Shown here piece by piece: positions 16,650-33,950 of a stretch of 64,000 bases of DNA (position 1 is its first letter; every line of letters begins with the position of its first letter). The position numbers and the translations under genes are program-made. The stretch comes from Chrysomallon squamiferum (lineage: Eukaryota > Animalia > Mollusca), in contig CM022672.1 in NCBI GenBank assembly GCA_012295275.1, forward strand, positions 34,658,001-34,722,000, written 5' to 3'. A model generated the notes under the pieces. The model saw only the letters and a program-made list of their open reading frames with translations, was not told the DNA's origin and ran no database searches.

Positions 16650-17396
16650 AACACACACAGCCACAAACATACTCACACACATAGACAGATACACACATAG
16701 ACAAATACACACACACTAATAGTAAATTCCTGAAACTTAAGATGAATATTGCATCGTGGACAGAATGCTCAAAAATTCAAGTCAAAACGTTGTAATTTGG
16801 GGACTTTCTAAAACTCAGAGATTGTTGGGTAAAAAGTGATACAAGTTAGTATGCAGAACTTTTAATTCATTCAAAACATATTTGAGACTAAAATAAAGGA
16901 AGTGACCACATATAATCATTTGAATTCAGTTTGACCTTTCTCTAAAATAAAATGAAATCATTTGCTGACATCATACTTTTCTGAATAATCTATCTTCATA
17001 TGTGACATCAACATTGGTTGTTTGGTCAGTCTTATTTGGATTGAGACCAGTTAGGATCCTCTGACAACGTCATCATTACACCTGTGACGTCTACGCGTTG
17101 TGCATGCTGCTGTTGTGCATGCTGCTGTTTTGTGAACTAATAAAATATGGTCTCGATTCTAACACCGTACAATTACATGTATGTCAGTATTACGTGAATG
17201 AATGTGTTTGAGTAAGTGTGTTTCTTTGTACATCTGTATCATGTGTTTAGACAAATCAAGTTTAGTGTATCACTGAGAAAAACAATAAAGTCAGTATAAT
17301 TCAGACTGGCAGGAGAGAACAGTTTATTTATCATCAAAACAATAAGTTTCCATCTAGAAACCTGAAATACAGTTGTGGAAATTGTCTAACTTTATT

Positions 17397-19890
<2,494 letters not shown>

Positions 19891-21768
19891 TCTACAGTAA
19901 TAGCACTACTAATAGAAAAACCAACAGGAACATAATTTATATAGTTTCATATATTCAAATACGCACAGATTTTTTTTCACTTAATTCGATCGATCCAGTA
20001 ATAAATACTTGTAGTTTTCTTTTTTTTGAAACTGCTCGTTTGTTCATGATCGTTATTAAAAAGGACATTATGTTGCTATAATAAAAAGCGTTTATTTGAA
20101 ATTCTCTTGTAAAAATACATATTTATTAAATAAGCGAGAAGTGGTACTATCGTTTACATAATGTAGTGAATAACGTTGAATACAGTTTTATTCAGTTTGT
20201 AATACAGACTCCAGCTACATAAAGTACAGGGAATCAGATAAGTTATGTAGTGTTGTGTGTTTATTTCTTTTAATTAGACATTTCACTATTGTATAAGATT
20301 TTAATTATTGTGTATTCATATCACAGCCACAACATTATAAAGAGGTTTAGCAAGCAAATTACAAAGGGACGGACTACTGTTTAGAATTCGGATCACAATC
20401 AAACTGAACTATGTTGTGAATGTTAATCTGCTTAACCCCGGGGCAGTTGTCCAGTTTATGTCTTTATAAACGTGGCTCGGGTACCACCCAGCTATCGGCT
20501 TTGTGTGAAACACGTGTAAACAAACTTACATTAACACAAACAACATCAGCCCGATGTTGAGTACGACCACCACGTAAACCACGTCTCACTGTGTGTAGTG
20601 TGTAACAAAAACAAAATACAAACACAAAATACAAACACAAAATACAAACACAAAATACAAACACAAATACAAACAGAAAATACAAACACAAAATACATTT
20701 TCTGTCAAGTTATTTTCAAAAACGTAACACAAGTTTACATGATACTAAGGAAAATGCATTGTACTTGGTTTCTAGTTATCACGAGATTATTATAACTAGC
20801 ATTCGTTATTTCTAATGTCTTATTATTCCCTAAACAGTTACAGAAAACTGTAAGGTATTGAATCAGTAACAGAGGTTCTTTTTGTGTTTTTATATTCTAA
20901 AGGAAAGTGTTACGAACAAATTGGAATGCAGTTATATCTAAGAGAAACAAAAAGAGAAATTGTTATTGCAGTTGATATGTTGGGCTTGTCTTAAGTCAAT
21001 CCAGATAGTTCAAAAATATTAAGGAAGATTTAATTCAACCCAGACTGAAAGTTCACTGTATTGAAAACTAGATGTTGATAATGCATCGGTCGAATGTCAT
21101 TTAGACTTGTTTGGCAAGATTGTAAAATTAAAGTAATTATAATACGGATGTGAAAACCGGGGATTCAGTCATTTAGTATAAGTTAAAGAATTCATCTCAA
21201 GTTTCAGAGATATTTTATGTAAACACCAAACTTTCTGGTGAATTAGCAATATTTCCGTTGTTTATAAGTGCTGAAATAAGAATGAATATATATTGGGTAA
21301 ATGTTTTTAATTGTATGAATCTAACTTAATATTTTGCTATCTTAAGTCTATGGTTATCTTTTGTAAAAGTATTTCTAGATAAACATGTGTTTCTAACATG
21401 TATAGCTTTCATACGTGAAAATCGTGTAATTTAAAACACACTGTAAAAAGAATACTACATGATCGTATGTTAAAAAACGATGATGAATTTGAATCGGTTA
21501 AGGAATTTACGACTGGTAATGTGAAACATTAATGGGTTTAATATCTGAAAGAGAAAAATTGCATCGGTCATTTTTATAATGAATCTAAATTGTCTGAAAT
21601 ATTTTAAATGTTGTCATGCTGTACTCATAACAATGTTATAAATGCAAAATTAATTCAAAGCTATTTTTCTAACACTAAAACAGAAATGGTAAATGGTATC
21701 TGTCACTTTTGGAATTTTTATGGTGAAAAATTATTTTTAACCGTACAACTTTATCTGCTGAGATAAAT

Positions 21769-21804
<36 letters not shown>

Positions 21805-21904
21805 GCTATATATATATACACACACACACACATCATAATTAATATTATAATTAATATTATAATACACTTTGAAGAAACAAAATGTTGACATTTATTTTCA
21901 ACAG

Positions 21905-22800
21905 TGTTATTGATGATTTGCACCATCCTGAAGAAAAAAGAGGTAATCAAGACAGACAACGTGGCCAAACGTGTGACTAATCTAACGAGGCAAATATCCA
22001 AACTTTTAGATGAAGTTGAAAAGCTTCTCTTAATTTGGATCAATGAAAAGCAACTTGCAGTAATACGTGAAAAGGCAAAGACTTTTGAACAATGATTTGT
22101 TGTTTAAATCGCCTTGAACTTCTGCTAAAAGTGACGAGTTTAAGGTCAGCAGAAGTTGGTTGGAGAAGTATTCACAGTGTTATTAGGCACGGGGAAGCTG
22201 CAAGTTCCAACGAGAAAGAAGCGGAAAAGTTTAAGGTGAAATTTGATATCTTTGTCAGAAGGCTACTTTCCTCAACAAGTGTTTAACTGCGACGAGACGG
22301 GTCTCAAGAGGACATGTGTGACTCAGGAGGAGAAGGCGCAACCGGGGCAGAAACCAACGAAAGAGAGTCTGACGTTGTTGTTACGTGCCAATGCATGTGA
22401 CAACTGCAAGATTAAGCCACTGTTGGTCTACCACTCAGAAAATCCTCGCGTCTTTAAGCACAATTAACGTCCAGAAAAAACAAAGTCACTGTGACGTGGA
22501 GACTAATGAGAAGGCATGAGTGACGAGACTAACCTTGATGAACGATAACGCGATGGCACACTTCAGAAACATTCTCCGACAAAGAAACACATTTCTCTTG
22601 ATCGTCTCTCAAGCGGAAAGAAGCAGAGCCAGATGCCAAAAAACGCGAAAACAAACCGCTGAAGGAACTTTCCCCAGTGTTACTGTGGAAGGAGACTCGC
22701 TTTCCAATCAACATCTTCCTCCTCTTCAAAACCACCGTCCACCCGTGACAGGACTCTCCGCCACGTTGCAAGTCACAGTAAAATACATCCACAGTAATCT
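21905..22800 (+). mobile_element. Degenerate Tigger/pogo-family DNA transposon remnant
   Basis: Frameshifted fragments: EVEKLLLIWINEKQLA (CENP-B-type HTH), IHSVIRHGEAASSN..AEKF, YFPQQVFNCDETGL and LTLLLRANA...KIKPLLVYHSENPRVFK (DDE_1 domain). Confidence 0.88.
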
Positions 22801-23666
22801 CAGTGTTTTTCTATGTGTATGGTTATTTTAGGAAAATTCTGTGTTTATTCCTGCAGAAAGTCCTGAAAACAGTGAAAATAAAACAATTATGTGGGCTGGA
22901 ACGGATTGTTTACAGCTACATTATTTCAGTTTATGAAAGGAGATTTGGAACGAGTTAATATAAGCCGAGTTTCCACTGTATTATTCTAATCAACTTTATT
23001 ATTGATATTATCACTATATTCATTATTATTACTGTCCTTCTCGTCGTCTTTTCTATATAACATAGCCAAACTGGTTATTTATATATACGTGTCTTTTCCT
23101 AGTTAATATAACTGTTCCATCTTGAAGTCTACTAAAGTACGAAGATATGGTTGTACTTAACTATCTGGAAGAAGTAAAACAATATGCTTACATATTTGAA
23201 GGTAAATTCACTTGGGTTGTAATGTTTACTATATCTGAATCACGTCCAGGCCATTGTGTTAACAAACACATGCAGTTAAGACATTAAAACAGTTGATGAA
23301 AGGACACCACAGCACTGGCTTCTGTTGCAGGGAGTTTCCACGATATTGCGGTAAATCACAAACGTTACAATACGTTGGACCGAACAGATCGCAAACTGCT
23401 CTTTTTTGTACACACGTTCTTAGTAATGTTTAGAAAATACACTTCAACACAAGAAGGAGGAAAAGTCAACTTGAAATGTTTCGTTTTTCAATTGTAGTAA
23501 CATAATTTACATTTTCCAATGGAAAAAGCGGTAATGCCAGTCTTACTGCTAGTACAAATACAGTTGTTGTTACTACTCTTTCTAATGTTAATGCAAATTA
23601 CTAGACAACGTGTACTATAACTACAACAGCTGCTATTGAAATTTAGTATTATTACTACTAGATTAC

Positions 23667-23769
23667 CTTGTTTGAAAGAAATGTTTGTACAACTTGAGCT
23701 GGACAGATTTCATCTGAACAGCTTTCTGTTTTGAACAAATAATCACCTGCTTTCACTGATTTCGCAAAA
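23667..23769 (-). pseudogene. Orphan copy of Hog gene exon 4
   Basis: cag|TTTTGCGAAATCAGTGAAAGCAGGTGATTAT...CAAACAAG|gtaatc (FAKSVKAGDYLFKTESCSDEICPAQVVQTF). It is 103 nt against 107 nt in the intact copies, so frameshifting. Flanking introns are homologous; no other exons nearby. Confidence 0.85.
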
Positions 23770-24677
23770 CTGAAGGAACCAACAAATACAGTATAAGAAA
23801 CAGATAGTATAATTATGACTGAGTGTATCGTGTTATTCTGATAAAAGTGAAAGTCTATCTGATATTTTTTTTATTAAAAAATAAATGTGAATGAAATCTC
23901 AAATGTTATTATCTGATTTGAACGACGTTATATTGCAACAGTAAAACTGTTTCTACGAAATCATGTGTTTATAAAATCTAACATTTATTTTATGTTTATG
24001 ACTTCATTGATGACGTTCAGTTGCTCACGCACATTTCTGGACCTGAAGCCTGAACTGGGATGTGGGCGTTCGTTAGCAACAACAGGTTCTTTAAATCCAC
24101 TTTTATCTTCTTTAGTGACCTTGTGATTGATCATCATGATTTAAAATTCTAGATTTTGATTAAATCTTTTAAGCAGTATGGACTAAACTAGCTTCTTGGT
24201 AGGGCCATGAAGCTCAAGCTTTATTAGATTCGTGACAGATTTGCCCCTGATGACGTCATTTGCCAAGTCGCCGAATTCTATTCTCAATTTTAGTATGCTC
24301 AGTAGTCAATTGACGATTTTGAAGAAAATCTTTGTGGATCTTTGATTTTTACTTTTAATCCTAGAAACTGCACTGCAGGAAGAAATCTTTCGTATGCAAG
24401 TATATAAACGGTAATATCACTTCTCGCTGAATTTAAAAAAAAAAAAATTATTTCCACACGTAAATTTGAAATAAATGTTTATTTTTTCATTTTTATTGCA
24501 ATATAATGTCGTTTTTAATAACGATAGTGAACAAACCAGCAGCTTGACATGTACAACTGCCATTTATTACTGTTTCGATGAAATGAAGTGTGAAAAATAT
24601 CTGTGCAATTTGAATATATGAAAATATTTAAATAATGTTCTTCTTGGTATTACTGTTAGTAATACTATTACTGTAGA

Positions 24678-25018
24678 ATGAAACCGGCTGAAGCTAAATT
24701 TGCTGTGTTTACCTTATTGTATGTTCTTAACTCTGTGTTCTGTGACCTTAAAGTGGTAAGCATTTTTAACTACATCCAATAATATATAATACTGTAGATC
24801 AGACAGCAATTTAATAAAATAATAAACAGGTTACACAATGCAACAAATATTTCTTGATAGAGGTAATTACGAAGATACAACTGGTCTAAAATGGATATTT
24901 TATTTTTGAAGCATTTATGTCTTTTATGTGAATCACTTAAGGAAGATTCGAACTGCTAATTAACAAAAGATCATCTCACATTCTGCTTTGTTTATATATA
25001 TATTATCCTCCTGTTAAA

Positions 25019-25094
<76 letters not shown>

Positions 25095-27137
25095 TATTTT
25101 TTTTTTTATTTACTTACTTCCTACTATAATGTAAAAAACAAAGGTATCCTTTTAATGTAATACAAATACTGACAACTTGTTACTATAATATAAATAACAT
25201 ATCTTCTTACTATAATGTAAATAACATATCTTGTTACTATAATATAAATAATATATCTCGTTACTGTTACGTAAATACTGTTAATATTGTCTACCTTGTT
25301 TATTTTTTTTACATACTAGTATGAATTACAACAATTTATGAACAAAACCAGATATAATTATCTGCCTCTTTTCGTTAATGTTAAAATATGAAATTTGCTT
25401 CATTCAATGAAAATAGCATCGACCTCACCTATGTCCTTGTGGAGATCCAATAGTAAAGTGTCTTGAACGATGTTGTCCTGGATATTTTGTTACTGTGGAA
25501 AAGTGTTGTTCTCCATGTGACGGGGAGGTATCTCCACCATGTTTTCCTGGTGACGTCACTGTGCTACTGGACAATGGAGAGACTGTAAAAATGAAAAATC
25601 TTGTTTCAGGACAAAAGATTCTCGCTGGTACGTCACGTTTGTTTCCAGTTACAAACTGAGATTTTCAGTATTTGTTTAACATCCTACATAGTTCTGTTCC
25701 TTAACTGAATCAAATTTAGGTTTTGTACTGAAGCAAGAGATCTCTTAGATCAAGAATGAAATGAAACAGTCGAGTGTTGTTAACTGGATGAGTAACTAGA
25801 ACAAAATAGGTTTCATCAATGTTCTACTATGAGACATATTTTTCATTAAAAAGGGAAATCTGTTGTTTTAATGATGTCATAGTAAAAGTGTATAGATTCA
25901 ATATTATTTTACTAATTTCAGTACAAAATGGAAAACGCTTATTTTCTGAAGTCAGAACATTTATGCATCGACAACCAGCATCAAATACGACATTTGTGAC
26001 TCTGATTACAGAACAAGGCCGTCGACTTTCTCTCACCGAATTACACATTGTGTTCACCTCAGCAAATAAGTCAGGCAGCTTGGAACCTAAGTTTGTTTTC
26101 TTTGTTTTTCTTCCGCAATGATCTTCAAATAAATTTCGAAAAACTACTCGAAATGTTTTCTTCTTGATGAAAATATGTATAACTACATCATTTGAATTGT
26201 AAGTCTTAAACAACATAGTTCATTTTAAAATCTGTTCTTATTACCATTTAGATTACAAAATGTAGGACTTCATATCTATCATTCACATTTATTATTTAAT
26301 GAACAACATCAGACAGACTTTCATCTTTTTCTGAATATCGCGTTGCAGTCATAATGATTCTTATACTATATTTGTTTATTTCTTCAGTTTCGCTAAATCA
26401 GTGAAACCAGGTGATTATTTATTCAACACAGAAAGCTGCTCAGCTGATTTCTGTCCAGAAAGAGTTGTACAAACATTTCTTTCAAAAAAACAAGGTAAAC
26501 TAGTAATAGTACTTAATACTAATAGAAGTAGTTGTAGTATAATATATATCGTAGTAGTAATAATATGTATTATAATTACCATATTTGAGAAACTCAGCAT
26601 ATAACAAGCACATAAATAATCAGACAGAAACTCTACACAGATAAAATCAAGACTCGCATAACAGTGAAAATTGTAATTGCAATAATAATTATAATACTGG
26701 TAGCGAAAGTAATACTGTCATAGACTAGGTAGTGATTATGTTAATAAAACTGTCATAGACTTGTAATTGTTGTTGTGATTATGTTTTCAAAAATAGTCCT
26801 ATCTAGATATCATGTAAAATGAAGATACAAAACCACATGTGCCTATCTAGATCAAAAAATCAAAAACTCATAAGGAAATACAGCTATTTATCTAAAACAA
26901 CAAACTAAAAGTATACAAGAACTCTCTGTGTGGGGTAGGCTGTAAGTATCTTCACTCTTTCTTATCAAACAAAGTTTAACAAAGGATCATCTCAAACAGG
27001 AAGAGTTAAATAACAAAACTAGCTGTCGTGGTGAAAATACTCATTACCAGACTGCATTACCTTGACCTCAACAGTGAGTCAGTGTAATACGTCTATGTAT
27101 GTATTGTCTATTCATACACACCCATGTGTGTGTATTT

Positions 27138-27192
<55 letters not shown>

Positions 27193-27574
27193 GTATATGT
27201 ATGTATGTGCGTATACGTATGCATATGTATGTATGTATGTATGTATATATGTATGTATGTATGGTTACATGCCTGTACCACATGCATACGCACGCACACA
27301 TCCTCGTGCACAGGTTATTTATACATTATTAAAATTTTCTCCAGGTTTGTATGGACCTCTGACGGACACGGGAACTGTCGTTGTTAATGGGATTGTGGCT
27401 TCCTGCTATGCACATGTTCTCTTACAAGACTTCACACACAGTTTCACACTGTCTCCATTTCGATGGTTTCCTTGGTTGTTAGAGCCGTGGCAAGAAGACG
27501 GTTTCAGTCCTATTTTGTCCAACATGGAGAAGCTTTATAATAATCTTGTCAGTTATACTTCGTGGCTGAAATAA
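24678..27574 (+). CDS. Hedgehog-related Hog-domain protein B: signal peptide + 8-Cys peptide + Hint + SRR-like tail (264 aa)
   Basis: Exons 24678-24755 ([26 protein letters not shown]), 25417-25627 ([41 protein letters not shown]|[29 protein letters not shown]), 25922-26090, 26388-26494 and 27345-27574 ([24 protein letters not shown]...SPFRW). 795 nt, open frame; internal exon sizes match gene A (211/169/107). Confidence 0.92.
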
Positions 27575-27743
27575 AGTTAGAAAATTACCACAACTGAATT
27601 TCAGGTTTTTGGACGAAAACTTATTGTTTGATGATAAATAAAAGGTCCTGTCCTGCAAATTTCTATTATATTGACTGTATTTTGTTTTTCTCAATAATGC
27701 CCTCAACTCGATTTGTCTAAACACTTGATACATACGCACACAG

Positions 27744-27790
<47 letters not shown>

Positions 27791-28946
27791 TTGTAGTACA
27801 TGCAAGTTTACACGTGAATGTACAGTTTTCTGTCTGTCAGACTTGAGACCATGTTTTATCAGCTCAGAAAGCAAAGTAAACAGCAGCAGGTACAACGCGT
27901 AGACGTCACAGGTGTAATGATGACGTTGTCAGATGATCCTAACTGATCTCAGTCCAAAGAACCATGTTGATGTCACATATAAAGAGAGATCATTGAGAAA
28001 ATGATGAAATAAACTGATGGCTTCTGTGCACGATGCAATATTGATCTTAAGTTCCAGGAATTTAATATAGTGTGTGTATCTGACTCTGAGTGTGTGTGTA
28101 TTTGTGTGTCTGTGTGTGTGTATTTGTGTTTTTATGAATATGTCTGAGTGTGTGCATGTGTGGCTGAGTGTATTTCTGTGTGTGCGTGTCTGAGTGTGTT
28201 TGTGTGTGTCTATGTGTATGTGTATGTGTGTCTGGGTGTTTATGTAAATATATTTATATATTCGTCTGTCTCTGTGAAAGGATTTATAAATATATTCACT
28301 CACCTCAGAATATAAAGATTTTACAGCTGAAAAGACTGAAACTCATGATCGTCAGAATTACAAAAATCACAGAATCCATTTTTCTCTTTCATTATTTATG
28401 TTTCATGATACCAAGCTACATTTAAATAGTTCGTCTAGTATTATTTTTATAAAATGATTCTGGGATGGTAACATGTAAAACATACCAGACAATTTAGATG
28501 CACAACAAAAAGGAGATTATACCGTTTTTTCTGTTTCTGTATTAAATCCAGTAAAGCTCAACAGAGCGAAAGTTACAACATCTTCAAAGTTTTCTCTTGA
28601 AGTTTTGAGCTTTCTGTGCACAATGTTATATTGATCTTAAGTTTTAGGAATTTAATATTAGTATGTGTAACTTCATTCATCTCAGAAGATGAAGATTTAC
28701 CATTGAAAATACACTGAAAGTCATCATCATGAAAATTACAAAAAGGACGGAATCCAGTTTTCTCTTTCATTATTACTTGCCATTTATGTTTGAATATATC
28801 CAGAAGAAAATGTGACGTATTTTCATTTATTTTGATTTATTATTAGTTTTTGACTATTTTTCCAAAATATTTTCTTCTCGTCTTTAATTCAATTTTATTT
28901 TGATTATTTAAATATCTGGAATAATGTAATATTAACATAATTATGA

Positions 28947-29023
<77 letters not shown>

Positions 29024-29589
29024 CGTTGTGAAAACAAAAATTTAAAAAAATAAAAATAAATTTAAATGGAGAAAACCCTTTTTGAAGATATCTATAATAA
29101 TGTAAAAAAATATCACATTTCAGATTTCAAAAATCCACTTTTCGTGTTTCCGTATTTTGTATGTTTTTAACCTTTAAAAAAGTCAGGCTTAAGTCACCAA
29201 AAGCTTATTTCAAGAGATTTTATTTTATTTAAAATAATAATAACAAAACAGGGAAAACAGACACTGTAAAAGTGTAAATAACAATGGACAATTATGTCAG
29301 TAACAAGAGTGATTATAAAACAACAACGGCGCCGAACACAGCCACTAGAAACGTAAAAATAGACGAAGATGATGTTGAAAATGTTGTAGTAGTAATAATA
29401 TAAGAAAAAAGATATCAGTTACCATGAAACAAGATAAACAGTAAGGAAATATGTTCATGCTGACGAAGGTGCTGTTGAAAAAATAGACTTTATATTGATA
29501 CGGTGACATATTATTAATTAAAGAAATACATACATACATACATACATACACACACACACATACATACATACACACATACACACACATAC

Positions 29590-29620
<31 letters not shown>

Positions 29621-30786
29621 ACTGTAATGACATTCTATATTTCTAAATAGACGTTTGCTCTATACTTATTATTTAGTTTTTACTATATTATTATTTACAG
29701 AAAACTAATTTATTCGATCTTTTCAAATTTTATTATTATTATTATTATTATTTACTGGAACACAGGTTAAAATTGTCTTAATGTTTAGTATACATTCAAT
29801 AATTTATAGTTGTTAGTACTTATTTCGATAACATAAATATAGACATTTTTACTGCAAACGTAAATATTTTATTTTAATTTATATATTTTGTTTTTTAATT
29901 CATTTATTTATTATTTCCAGGGGCTTATGGGAATAGTCCAAATACACTGATAGTGAACATTTTTAAAGAGTGAGATTTCATTTAGTGGGAATGTCAGAAT
30001 GAGGTCATGGCATAAGGGAACTTTCGTCTGCAAAACGCTGTGACCTATTTTTTCTACGCTTCCTTTTATGAACTCACTGCAGTTTTACAAACGGAAAGAG
30101 AGAATGTAGACACTTTACCCAGTGTTATTGTACTCGTTCGGTTTTCATCCGAGCAGATTTTTCAAAGGGAAACAAACACGGAAGAAAGTGCTTCAAAAAG
30201 CATTGTAATAGTCTACAGTTCGTTTCAAATATTTATTCATTAATGTCCTAGATTCGTGTTGTGAATGACATTAAGTGCTGAACTCTTAGCTTGAAACTTT
30301 TGTCTCGTTATAGAAGAGTCAACTGATCTGTTTTCACTACACTCGACCTAGTCCTCTGTTATGTCTGAAAGAAAACTTACGGCGAAGTACAAGATTATCT
30401 ATCATTGTGCTGTTTGTTTCATATACCTTAGTGTATTTATAATACTTGTATATTACATTAAATATTACATTTTATATTATTATTTTTTTGTTTTATCGCA
30501 CGAACAATGACGGTATAGCAATAGTTTGAGTCAATCGGTCTAGGTCAAACAATCCTCATAAATTAAACGATTTCGCATTATGTATCTCTGTAAATACTAG
30601 ACAGAATGCATATGAAAAGTATTCTGTGTATTGTGACCTAACTTTTGTACGAGTAAAACCTGTTTTCATAGAGCCAGATTTAATCTCAGTGTGTTTAATT
30701 TAATAGAATTAGAATACTCTGTTCAAATCATGTTTGTATGAACTTTGTACCAGGATATATTAAATGGTGTTTGCCTTTTCTCACTG

Positions 30787-30862
30787 GTGAGTCATGAAAA
30801 CGAGTCTTGTGTCAGCTCGCAGTTTTACTTCCTGGTTTATTTGTCTACGAAACATTTTCACT
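30787..30862 (+). promoter_or_regulatory. Conserved proximal promoter/5'UTR of the lectin-EGF receptor family (also ~40860-40935 and ~62160-62235)
   Basis: tgagtcatgaaaacgagtcttgtgtcagctcgcagttttACTTCCTGgtt precedes each ATG. AP-1-like TGAGTCA is present in copies 1 and 2; ETS-like ACTTCCTG is present in all three. Confidence 0.5.
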
Positions 30863-30953
30863 ATGGCTGGGTGCTGGATAAGTCTTCAGTTTCTAGTTTG
30901 TTGTTTGATTTTGCAGTCAGGAAAAACTATAGCTGGATATTGTAAGTAATCAA

Positions 30954-30989
<36 letters not shown>

Positions 30990-32569
30990 GTTATTGTTAT
31001 TATTGTTATCATTATTATTGTTGTTATTGTTGTTGTTGTTTTTTATTATTATTATTTATTTATTATTATTGTTAACGATGGTTACTGTTGTTAATGGTGG
31101 TGGTGATGGTACATTGTTGAGAGAATTAGACAAATCCTACACCAGGAAGATGTTACGTTTCAATGAACAAGAATACACGTTTCAGAACAGCGATCTCAAT
31201 ATAAATAATCAGTATAAATAGATGGGATTGTCTTACTATTGTTCTTCTTATTATTGTTCTCCAAATATGAACAATTTCAACAAAAACAATAATAAAACTT
31301 AATTAATAATGTTTTAAACATACTAAGCATTAATAACATAATGTTCTCAAGTTCATTAGCTCTTAATTTCCTTTTTAATTATTTTGTGTCTTCTTTCATG
31401 CAAATCTGTTATTTATTGTTACAACGTTATCAAAACTATGAAATATGTTTCTATTTATTATTTTGATTGCGTTTTCTCCATTGTCGTTGTTTTTGTATTA
31501 TATTTGGTTTGCTTGTTTCTGACAGATTCTTTTTGTCGTTTCTCTTTTTTTCTTTTTTTTTTCTCTCGCTTCCTTTCTCTCCGTCTTTTCTCTTTCTCCT
31601 TGTGTTTCATCTTCTCTTTCTTTCTCTCACACATTCAGTGGTTATCTCTGATTTCTATATTTCTGTCTGTTAAAAACAAAACATTAAATATACCTCTACA
31701 CAAACACTTTTACTAAAACACACCCTATCTTCTTTTGATGTTTGTCACAGATGATAAAGTAAGCGATAGTTTCACCAGGTTTTTTAAAAAACAAGGAACA
31801 AGGTTTTCATAATATTACTTCATTGTTCATTATTACTGTAATATTGGCTGCTGTTTGATATTTTATTTTCTAGCTTGTTATTTGATTTTAGAATCAGGAC
31901 TATCATTTGCTTCATTTCTCATTATTCCAACTGAGACATCAATTGTAATAAACAACAGACTTTACCTTTCATTCTTCTTCTTCTTAATTTCAATTTTCTT
32001 AAAAAAAATAGACAAAAAAAAATGTTTTGAAATATAAATGTAAACGTGATTAAAAAACGTGGTATGTGAAGGATAGTCAGACATATTGTTTTGTTATCAA
32101 CAGCAGTATCTATATAAGATATCTGTATATAATTTTGTATACTGATATATTACTATTTATTCATTCATTCAATTATATTCGATATTTTTCAGTAAACGTA
32201 GCTCGGAATAAAAATGTTTATCAAAATTCTTATTTGGCTGGTTATGAAAATCATGCTTCAAGAGGCGTTGATGGAAAACCAGTGGAGGAATTGGCCTGGA
32301 ATTATAAGCACAGATACAAACCAGCCTTACACTTGGTGGGAAGTAGATTTAGGAAAACCTTACTTTATCCATGAAGTTAAAATATATTTCAGAAATGACT
32401 GTAAGTATGAATATTAAACTATGAATATACACTATTAATCATAACAAATATTTTTGTTTGTTAATTTTAACTTTTATGTTAGGGAGATGGTCGTCAATGT
32501 ATCATTCTGTTTCCTTTTTGCCTTTGTTGTTGCATGTTACATATTATTCCTCTTTTTTTTTACACGCAT

Positions 32570-32622
<53 letters not shown>

Positions 32623-33882
32623 TTTTTTTATATTTATTTATTTGTGTTTGTTTGTTTGTTTTCTGTGGACTTCCTTGAATGCTGTATTTTTCATTTCATT
32701 ATTTTCGTTGCTTTGACTGATAGTAGTTCTAGTTCTCGTATTGATTCAAATTTCTAAATACATTATTACACACTGAATTGTATCTAATTTAGTTAAATTG
32801 AGAAGAAATGGTGTACAGGTTTATACTAACACAGCAGCGAGACAGTCTAACACAGGACATCTGTGTGGTACTGTTACTGGTAGAAAAGATGGAACTGATA
32901 TTCCTGATATTGTGAACATCAGTTGTAACGTCAACGCTAGATATGTGACTGTTTATCAAGGAACAGATAATGGACAGTCGACAGCACTGGACTTTGTAGA
33001 AGTGGAAGTCTACGGTAATTACTACTATATTGATTATTGGAACTGCAGGAGCTCAGTAGAAATTCAAAACTTATTAGAAACTGTTATATTTAATAATACA
33101 CTATAAAAAGGAAACAAGGATATTACATCAATTTTTAGATAACTAGTATCTGTTCATAATATATAATTCATATTTTTATTACTAATTTGAATTTATTCTG
33201 ACGTAATCACTGTGCTTTATTAAGTATCTTTCATATATTTCAATTTTGGGGATTTATTGTATTTTCATTAAAATCCCCTTTTCTTATCAAATGTTAACAA
33301 CTATTTCATTATCACAGAATTAAAATAAACACTGAAAGGTACTTTGACCACATTTCGGTTGGATGTTCTCACATTTTTATATACCTAGTTGTTACACAGT
33401 CAACTCAGTAATATTACTGAAACAGTCAATTACTCAACTTGGCTGAACACATTTGTATACTGATATGTGATGTAATACTGTTATAAAATATATCATGTAA
33501 CACTGCAATATATATTAATTTAGTCATTTATATGTGTTACATATAATATAATAATTCATATTATTCTTCTTTTGTGTGATAGATTTCATAGTAAATGGAT
33601 GTGAATATATATTTCTGTTGATGTTTCTTTATTGTTAGTAGAGATTTGCTTAATTATTTACTAAGCTGACTGTGTAACAGCTGAGAGGAAGAGTTCATTA
33701 TTGCATGCTAGGTAGAAAGCACATGATTAGTAGTTCATACAGCTATGACGTGTGTTGCTATAAATGTGATGTGTAACAAACTGGAAGATAACTTCACACA
33801 CACAGTTCTAAAAAAATACTTAATACTAATCCATGCCCTCAACTTTTACTGATATATATTTGTTTGTTCATTCTTTTATTAC

Positions 33883-33950
<68 letters not shown>

